DNA of 29,124 bases from an uncultured Acidobacteriota bacterium (GTDB lineage Bacteria; Acidobacteriota; JAQAZP01), in NCBI GenBank assembly GCA_963836075.1, contig CAWIIB010000003.1, forward strand, positions 1-29,124. Direction: 5' to 3'. Position numbers and translations under genes: made by a program. Under the pieces are notes generated by a model. The model searched no databases and was not told where the DNA came from. It saw only the letters and a list, made by a program, of their open reading frames with translations. Positions 11,801 to 19,389 of this stretch are shown here, piece after piece (positions within the stretch are counted from its first letter, which is position 1; each line of letters starts with the position of its first letter).

Positions 11801-13595
11801 CGCATGGGCGGCGAGAACGAGATCTGGCCCCCCTTCGCCATCGCGGTGATCGGCGGCATGGCCACCGCCACCGTGGGCACCCTGCTGCTGATCCCCATGG
11901 GCTTCCTCTCCTTCCGCCACATCGGTCTCTGGATCCGGAAGACCCTGGGCCTGCCCTGGGCCCTGGCCGGCACGCTGCTCGCCGCCGTGGCGATCTGGGC
12001 GCTCTACTTCCAGCTGGGCTGGGTCACCTCCGAGGTCTGGCGGATCATCTTCCTCCTGCCCCTCTGGTTCGCCGGTCTGGGCCTGGTGCGCTTCGGCCTC
12101 TGGCTGGCCCGGGGCAAAGAGCGGCGGGAAATCTTCAGCACCGACGAGACGCTGGACATCAGCGTGCGGGAGCTGAAGAAGATCTACGGTGAGGACGGCC
12201 CGTTCCTCCGCGGCTGGAAACAGAACGCCCGCTGGCTGAAGCACGCCCGGCAGCGGGGCATGCGGCTGAACAACCGCGGCCGGCTGGCCCAGGACCTGAT
12301 CTGGAAGGTGCCCGTGCTGGGCCTGCTCTTCTACCTGCTGACCTATTTCGAGAACCGCCTCTGGCTCTTCATCTTCATCGGCATCACCTGGTATTTCGTG
12401 CGCGACTTCCTGGTCACCATGGCCGCCCTGTGGCGCTTTCGCAAGGGTGTCGAACCAGCCGCCGGCACGCCGGTCCGCTTCTCCGAAACCCGCTGGCTGA
12501 ACCTGCTCTTCGGCCTCTCCCTGGCCGTCATGGCCCTGGTCCAGGCCCACGTATCCTGTGAGTTGAACTACGTGCTTCACCATCACCCTCACCTCCCTGC
12601 TGGGCCTGGGGACCCTGGCCCTGCGCACCGGGGCCAGGCTGCGGCGGGGTGAACTGAGCACCGAAGGGCGAGGGGGAAACATCTTCAAGCGGATCGCCCG
12701 CAGCTGGCGGCGGCTGGTGGCCGCCATCCCCCGGGTGGGCCGGGACAAGGAGCGGGTGGCCGCGCTGCGCGGGCTGTCGCTGGACATCGGCGCCGGCATG
12801 TTCGGCCTGCTGGGCCCCAACGGCGCGGGCAAGACCACCCTGATGCGGGTGATCTGCAACATCTACGAGCAGAGCCGCGGCACGGTGTCGATCAGCGGCC
12901 GCGACCCGCGGGAGCACCGGGACGCGGTGCAGAGCCTGGTGGGCTACCTGCCGCAGAATTTCGGGGTCTACGAGAACTTCACCGCCTGGGAGCTGCTCAA
13001 CTACTACGCCCTGCTCAACGAGATCTATGACCGGGAGGAGCGGGAGAAGCTGGTCACCAGCGTGCTCAATCGTGTGGCCCTCTTCGAGCGGAAGGACGAG
13101 AAGCTGAAGGGCTACTCCGGGGGGATGAAGCAGCGGGTGGGCATCGCCACCGCGCTGCTGCACCTGCCGCGGATCATCGTGGTGGACGAGCCCACCGCCG
13201 GCCTCGATCCCAAGGAACGGATCCGCTTCCGCAACCTGCTGGCCGAGCTGGCCAAGGAGCGGATCGTCATCTTCTCCACCCACATCGTCGAGGACATCTC
13301 CGGCACCTGCAACCGGGTGGCGGTGATGGACAAGGGCCGGGTGATCTTCGACGGCACCGTGGAGGAGATGATCGACCGCACCCGGGGCAAGGTCTTCGAG
13401 GCGGTGACCGAGGAGCAGCAGCTGACCGAGCTGTCCAAACGGCTCAAGGTGGTCAACCACATCGGCGAGGGATTCGACAAGATCCGGCTGCGCTTCCTGG
13501 CCGACGGCCCGCCCGCGGACCTGGAAGCCGAGGACGCGGAGCCGAACCTCGAGGACGCCTATCTCTACCTGCGCGGCGGGACCGCGCCGGTATAG
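8822..13595 (+). CDS. RND permease subunit 2 fused to extra TM helices and a C-terminal ABC ATPase domain; ~1590 aa after joining frames
   Basis: AIKRPVTTVM, TM4 GLLVDNAIVVLESI, ASFESFNLP, GMVVNNGILLIDY, RFRPVIMT. The frame continues past RND TM12 through extra TMs. One indel near 12575 joins it to the NBD ([43 protein letters not shown]). No RBS or ATG precedes the NBD. Confidence 0.85.
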
Positions 13596-13600
13596 GGGGC

Positions 13601-13668
13601 CAGGCCATATTGCTCGCAGCGAAGGTCGACTTCGTCTCCAGACGTCGCTCAGGAGCAACATCGGCCTG
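13601..13668. repeat. Intergenic REP-like long hairpin
   Basis: CAGGCC-ATATTGCTC..AGCGA (13601-13622) pairs with TCGCT..GAGCAACAT-GGCCTG (13645-13668). Inner GACTTCGTC mini-hairpin. Confidence 0.6.
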
Positions 13669-13703
13669 ACCTGATTGGAGATTAAAGAGGAGTGAAGCGA
13701 ACG

Positions 13704-14421
13704 ATGGCGAAGAAGATGCGCGGAAGAATCGGATCGTGGCTGCTGCTCTTCCGGCTCTGCCTCAAGGTGACCTTCTCCACCCGCTACTGGTTCCTGCTGG
13801 TGGGCGGGCTGGTCTACTTCGTCATCATCTGGCTGATGCACGCCTTCGGGGACGAGCCCTACACCTCGCTGGAGGTGCTGAACATGATCCTCACCCCGCC
13901 CGGGGTCTTCCTCTCCATCCTGCTGGGCATGCAGCTGGTGCTCCAGGAACGGGAAACCGGGACCATCGAGGTGATGTTCGCCATCTCCCGCTCGCGCTAC
14001 CGGGTCTGGCTGCTCAAGGCACTGACCGTCTACATCGCCATCTTTGTCCTGCACCTGATGCTGGCCGTGCTGACCTAGATCTTCATCACCGACTTCCCCT
14101 TCCTGCCGGTGCTGCTGAACAGCATGGTCCCGGCGCTCTTCTTCGGCAACCTGACCATGCTCTTCACCATCCTCACCCGCTCCACCAACGGCGGGGCGCT
14201 GCTGGCCAGCATCGTCCTCGTCCTGATCTTCCTCTTCCAGGGCGGCTGGAACGACTCGATCATCTACCCCTTCCTCAACCTGCAGGAGCTGGCCCAGGAC
14301 CTGCCCAGCGAGGAATTCTTCCGCATTGCCATCGTCAACCGCCTGCTGGTGCTGGGCGTGGCCTTCTGCCCTGCTCGGCCTGGCCCTCCGCCGCACCAAC
14401 GCCCGCGAGCGGTTGTTGTAG
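13704..14421 (+). CDS. Small ABC-2-type permease (~6 TM), with an in-frame TAG at 14076-14078 and a 3' frameshift
   Basis: Hydrophobic helices and the QERETGTIEVMF motif typical of ABC-2 permeases. ORFs 13692..14078 and 14109.. share one frame. A shifted frame ends LLGLALRRTNARERLL* at 14421. Confidence 0.8.
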
Positions 14422-14463
14422 GAAACGGATGGCACCAGTTTACCAATTGAGGACAATCGGCAT

Positions 14464-14519
14464 AAGTAGGGACAGTCACTACTTTAACAATTAGACAAAA
14501 TTGGTAACTGTCCCTACTT
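14464..14519. repeat. Inverted repeat/REP-like hairpin after the export operon (possible terminator)
   Basis: Perfect 13-bp IR AAGTAGGGACAGT (14464-14476) / ACTGTCCCTACTT (14507-14519), extendable imperfectly to ~22 bp. Degenerate extra copy CAGTTTACCAATT near 14436-14448. Confidence 0.7.
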
Positions 14520-14678
14520 TCATCAACCACATTGATACACGTAGCTTTCACCAAAGGTGATGTCCACCGACTCCAACTATCACGAAAAAGTCCCCAACTC
14601 ATGCCGATACTTTACAAAGGGGCCCACGGGGCCTATATTGACAGGTGTGTCGACCACGCCCGAGGGCCAGAGGAGAGA

Positions 14679-15266
14679 ATGATGAGAAAAGCCAGACTGA
14701 CCGCCGCCGGAACCCTGTTTCTGCTCCTCCTTGCCCCCCTCACGTTGGGCACGATCCCGGCGCTGGCCTCCATGGACCCGGATATCGACCTGGCCTGGAT
14801 GACCGAAAAATCGATCGACATCGTTGCCGGCGAGATCGTCGATCAGCGCTGTGAACTGCGGGACGATATCCCCGGATTCAAGGAAGTGGTGATCACCGTC
14901 TTCACCGTGCGGGTCACTCACCGCTACAAGGGTGACCTGGCGGCAAACATGCTCACCGAGTTCGCCATTCTCGGCGGTGAATTCGCCGGTCAATCCTTTC
15001 AGGCCAGCGATATGCCGGTGGGACTGGGCGTGGGCGTCTCCGGAATCTTCTTCCTTCGCGACTGGCAGGGCCTTCGGGTCCCCGCGGCCTGGGAATTTGG
15101 CTGTGCCCTGCACAGCGACAGCGGCGGCCGCAAGGTCCGGACCCTGGGCCGGGAGATCGATGTGGCGACCCTGGAAAGTGAGATAAACGCCCTCCTGGAG
15201 ACTTCGAAAGTAGTCAGTCATTCACCCGAGATTCGCCTCGAACACGATATTTCTATCTTAAAATAA
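14679..15266 (+). CDS. Secreted hypothetical protein, OB-fold/TIMP-like domain of the kind often found N-terminal to bacterial matrixins (paralog 1)
   Basis: AGGAG RBS, signal peptide, pattern DLAWMTEKSIDIVAGEIV...VITVFTVRVTHRYKG...ILGGEFAG...DMPVGLGVG..GIFFL. Confidence 0.65.
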   Translation: MMRKARLTAAGTLFLLLLAPLTLGTIPALASMDPDIDLAWMTEKSIDIVAGEIVDQRCELRDDIPGFKEVVITVFTVRVTHRYKGDLAANMLTEFAILGGEFAGQSFQASDMPVGLGVGVSGIFFLRDWQGLRVPAAWEFGCALHSDSGGRKVRTLGREIDVATLESEINALLETSKVVSHSPEIRLEHDISILK

Positions 15267-15624
15267 ATATGCTTCAACTTGTCCTTATCTCTTTACATAA
15301 CTGCCCAAAAACCCTATATTTTTCTTGTTGAAGTTTGATTGTTGCAGGGAAATTCTGGCTGCAGGGCCCGCGTTTTTCCGACCACGGCCCACTCCTCCAG
15401 CAGCCGCACTTTCCTGAGTTGGCTGGTTGCAGCCTGACCAACAGCGTCCGGGTGTGCCCGGCAGGGGAATCTCGCTGTTCACCGTCGCCGCAATGGGGGT
15501 GGTGGGTTTCCTGTCAGCCGTTGCGGCATCCACTTTCCCGTTGTGTTGTATGTCTACAGGCTGCGAGGGCTGCGATCAATCAATATTGGTTGTGGGGTAA
15601 TTTGATTCCAAAAAGGAGGTTGTT

Positions 15625-16142
15625 GTGACCGGCAAAAAACTCATTTATTCCAGTATTCCTTCTCGGGACCTTCGTCCTGCTGGCGCTTGTGTCCACGCAC
15701 CAGGCGGCGGCGCTGACCGAGAAAGCGGACCTGTCCACCCTCACCGCCCGGGCGGACCAGATCGTCACCGGCGAAGTGGTGCGGACCGAATGCTTCGCCG
15801 TCGAGGACGGCAGGATCTACACCCGGGCCACAGTGGCCGTCACCGAGAACCTCAAGGGTGTCAAGAGCGCCGAGGTGGAAGTGGTCATCCCCGGCGGCAC
15901 CGTGGGTGAAACGACCATGCGGATGTCCGAGGCGCCCAGCTTCACCGAAGGTGAATCTGTGATCCTCTTCCTCAAGAACAGCGGAAACCGGCTGGCCGGC
16001 TGGTTCCAGGGCAAGTATGTGGTGGTGGACGGTATCGCCTACCAGTCTGCCCCCAGCTGCGGCACGCTGATCATGGAGGGCGGGCTGCCCGCCGACGAGC
16101 TGCTCCAGACACATCCGGACCGAAATTCTGGCCCAGCAGTAA
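15625..16142 (+). CDS. Secreted hypothetical protein, same OB/TIMP-like family (paralog 2), frameshifted
   Basis: AGGAGGT RBS with GTG 15625; signal peptide spans a frameshift. DLSTLTARADQIVTGEV...IYTRATVAVTENLKG...IPGGTVG...EAPSFTEGESVILFL. A shifted frame ends IRTEILAQQ* (TAA 16140-16142). Confidence 0.7.
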
Positions 16143-16217
16143 ATGGATCAGCACCAGATGATTATGCACGCACATACGCCTATCCGCTCAGCGAAGGAGA
16201 GAAGGAGGAGCAAGAGA

Positions 16218-17572
16218 ATGAGATTCACCCGGATTACCCTGTATTTCGCCCTGGCCGGCCTGCTGCTGGTCCTGGCCGGCCCGGCCCAGTATGCCGCCGG
16301 TTACGGCCTCTGCGGCTACGACTGGGACTACCAGGCCAACCCGATGGGCGAGAACTACCGCATCAATGCCAACTGCGTCGATGCGGCCGCCGGCACCACC
16401 GCCGACCAGATCGCCTACATCCAGAACGGCGCGGCCGCCTGGAACGGCGCCGGCGCCTGCTTCGAGTTCACCTACGGCGGCACCACCACCGGCACCAGCG
16501 TGACCTACAACAACATCAACATCGTCTACTTCGACACCACCCCGCCGGACGGCGGCGGCTACATCGCGGCCACCTACATCTGGGCCTCGGGGGGCAACGT
16601 CACCGAGAACGACCTGGTGTTCAACGACCAGAGCTACACCTGGAGCGGTGTGGGCAACCCCACGGCGCAGCGAGTTCGATATCTGGAACATCGCGACCCA
16701 CGAGTTCGGCCACTACCTCTGCCTCGACGACCTCTACGGCGGCGGCGACTCGGCCAAGACGATGTACGGCTACGGCAGCCCGGGCCAGACCTACGCCCGG
16801 ACCCTGCACTCCGACGACATCGCCGGCATCCAGGCGATCTACGGCGTCTGCGACGACTGCACCGACGACGGCTACGAGAACAACGACTCGTTCGCCGCGG
16901 CCAGCGCGATCAGCGCCGGCACGATCAACAATCTGCAGATCTGCACCCTCGACGAGGACTACTTCTCCTTCAGCGTTCCCGAAGGGGACGGACATCCAGG
17001 TGGACATCGCCTTCACCCACGCCAGCGGCAACCTGAGCCTCTATCTCTACAACCCGGCGCAGTCGCTGATCGACATCTCCACCAGCTCCACCGACAACGA
17101 AAGCGTGTCGGCCAGCGGCGTCACCGCCGGCACCTACTACGCCAGGGTCCTCGGGGCTTCCGGCGCGGAGAACACCTACAGCCTGACCCTGACCATCACC
17201 GCGTCCGGGCCGACGATGCACACGTCCTCGGCTGTGTCCCGGAATCGCGGCACCCTGCCCTACACCTTGCAGCTGCTGGCCCCAGCTCTGCAACGACGAC
17301 TGGTTCACCCGCCGGCTCCACGGCAGGATTGAACGTGACCACCGCCAACGGCACCACCTACTACAACTGGCGGGCCGGCGCCACCAACGTGAGCCCCGGC
17401 CATCTGCTACAACACGCCGTTCGGGGTGAACCTGCCGAACCTGCCCTCGGTGCGGGGACTGAACACCTTCACCCTCATCGGCACCGACATCACGGCACCG
17501 CCGTACAACCAGCCGCCCTACTCGCCATCGGGTGACACCGACATCGACTCCTGCACCACCACCGGCAACTAG
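16218..17572 (+). CDS. Secreted matrixin-like (M10/metzincin) zinc metalloprotease with PPC domain and Cys-containing C-terminal domain, frameshifted
   Basis: AGGAGG RBS, signal peptide MRFTRITLYFALAGLLLVLAGPA, ENDLVFND..YTW, ATHEFGHYLCLDD, Met-turn TMYGY, LHSDDIAGIQAIYG. PPC-like DDGYENNDSF...DEDYFSF...NLSLYLYN...GTYYARV. Confidence 0.85.
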
Positions 17573-17578
17573 CGATCC

Positions 17579-17619
17579 AGGGCCTCTCCCCCATCGCGGG
17601 GGAGAGGCCCTTTCCTTTC
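17579..17619 (+). terminator. Rho-independent terminator
   Basis: 14-bp stem AGGGCCTCTCCCCC / GGGGGAGAGGCCCT, 5-nt loop and T-rich tail, just after the protease stop. Confidence 0.85.
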
Positions 17620-17636
17620 GTCCCCCGGCCATCCTG

Positions 17637-17665
17637 TTGACAGCCCCCCCTTTACCTCCTATAGT
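17637..17665 (+). promoter_or_regulatory. Sigma70 promoter of the DEAD-box helicase
   Basis: TTGACA (17637-17642), 17-nt spacer, TATAGT (17660-17665). Confidence 0.8.
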
Positions 17666-17751
17666 CGCTACGGCTTGAAAACGAACAACATCCGGTTGCC
17701 GACCGCTGTCGATCACCCGATCGGACCGAGCCGGGTCCGGCCCCGAGAAGA

Positions 17752-19199
17752 GTGGAAAACAGATTGAGCACACCAACGTTTGAAGAGATGGGCCTCAGCC
17801 CGGCGATCCTCGAGGGACTGGCCAGAATGGGCTACACCAAGCCCACCGATGTCCAGGCCGAAGCGATTCCCCTGGCCCTCGAGGGCCGCGACCTGATGAT
17901 CCAGTCGCGGACCGGCACCGGCAAGACCGCCTGCCTACGGGATTCCCGCTTCGATGCGGCTGGACACCAGCCTGAAAAAGGTCCAGTTCCTCGCCCTCAC
18001 CCCGACCCGCGAACTGGCCCTGCAGTTCGCCGGGGACCTGGCCCAGATCAACGCCTGCACCGGCGTGCTGGTGACCTGCATTTACGGCGGCGCCTCGTAC
18101 ACCAAGCAGATGCGCGACCTGGAGGCCGGGGCCCTGATGGTGGCCGGCACCCCCGGCCGGGTCCTCGACCACCTGCGCCGCCGCACCCTCGACCTCAGCG
18201 CCCTGAAGATGCTGGTGCTGGACGAGGCGGACCGGATGCTCGACATGGGCTTCTACGAGGAGATCTCCGCGATCCTCGAGCGCTGCCCGAAGAAGCGGCA
18301 GACCCTTCTCGGTTCGGCCACCTTCCCCGGCTCGATCGTCCGCATGGCCCAGTCCTACCAGCGGGACCCGCACAAGATCGCCCTCTCCGACGACTCGATC
18401 TACGTCAAGGAGGTGGAGCACCGCTACTACATCACCCGGCAGATGGAGAAGGACCGGGACCTCTACCGCCTGATCGAGATCGAGCGCCCCTCGTCGTCGA
18501 TCATCTTCTGCAACACCAAGGACGACGTGCGGATGGTCTTCAACACCCTGCGGCGCCGGGGGCTCAAGGTGGCGATGCTCACCGGCGACCTGGCCCAGGA
18601 GCGGCGGGAAAAGATCATGGCCAACTTCCGGCAGAAGAAGGTCAAGCACCTGGTGACCACCGACGTGGCCTCCCGGGGCATCGACGTGGAGGACGTCTCC
18701 CACGTCTTTCTCTACTCCGCCCCCCAGACCCCGGAGGACTACATCCACCGGGCCGGCCGCACCGGCCGGATGGGCAAATCGGGCGTGGCCATCTCCTTTG
18801 TCTCCGCCGTGGACCTGCTCAACTTCAACCGCCTGGTCAACGCCCACCACCTGGTGGTCAAGGAGGGGCCGCATCCCCACCGACGAGGACGTTGAAGAAT
18901 CGGCCCGCCAGCGCCTGCTGAACCAGATCCGGGTGCTGGAGGACAAGGCCTCGGCCCAGGACCTGGAAACCCTCGAGCCGCTGGCCCAGGACCTGCTCGA
19001 ACAGGATGACGCCCAATCGCTGGTCTCGCTGCTGCTCAACCTCTACCTCAACCCACCTGAAGCCGACCCGGCGGACATGCCGGCGCCCTCGCCGATCAAC
19101 CGGCGGAACAGGTGCCGCCCGAACCAAAAGCGGAAAAACCGCCCGGCCAGGGACGGCGGCCGCGGACGCCCCCGCCGTCCCCGCAACCGTCGCCGGTGA
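17752..19199 (+). CDS. DEAD-box ATP-dependent RNA helicase, frameshifted
   Basis: Q motif GYTKPTDVQ, motif I TGTGKT, Ia PTRELA, Ib GTPGRV, II LDEAD, III SAT, V TDVASRGID, VI HRAGRTGR, and a basic Arg/Gly tail. Confidence 0.93.
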
Positions 19200-19389
19200 C
19201 TTTTCACCTCACTTCCGGTCCACCAGGGCAGACAGCGGTGGACGGAGGGCTGGTTTTCGCCTAAAAGCGATAATCTTTCCCCTCTTTGCTGCCGATAACA
19301 AACCCGAGAGAAGCGGTGCAAGGGGGTGGGGTCTGCCATCCGGCGTCGGACTCCCATGCACTCCCCCATCTCGTCGGAATCGGCGATCG

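Noticed and set aside
12717-13595. Standalone ABC ATPase gene as called in the ORF track
   Set aside because: No RBS, the frame is open upstream to 12567, and the first NBD strand lies at 12152 within the RND frame.
14076-14078. Genome-wide amber recoding or pyrrolysine
   Set aside because: TAG ends several genes here (4443, 13595, 14421, 17572, 26250, 27828) and no pyl genes are visible.
16-14457. 10-bp inverted match ATTGTCCTCA (16-25) / TGAGGACAAT (14448-14457) bracketing the operon
   Set aside because: Does not extend beyond 10 bp; no transposase, integrase or target duplication seen. Compatible with chance.
15689-17332. Single 547-aa ORF joining the OB-fold protein to the PPC domain
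   Set aside because: Its middle is out-of-frame Arg/Pro-rich text. A stop at 16142 and a separate RBS, ATG and signal peptide at 16218 indicate two genes.
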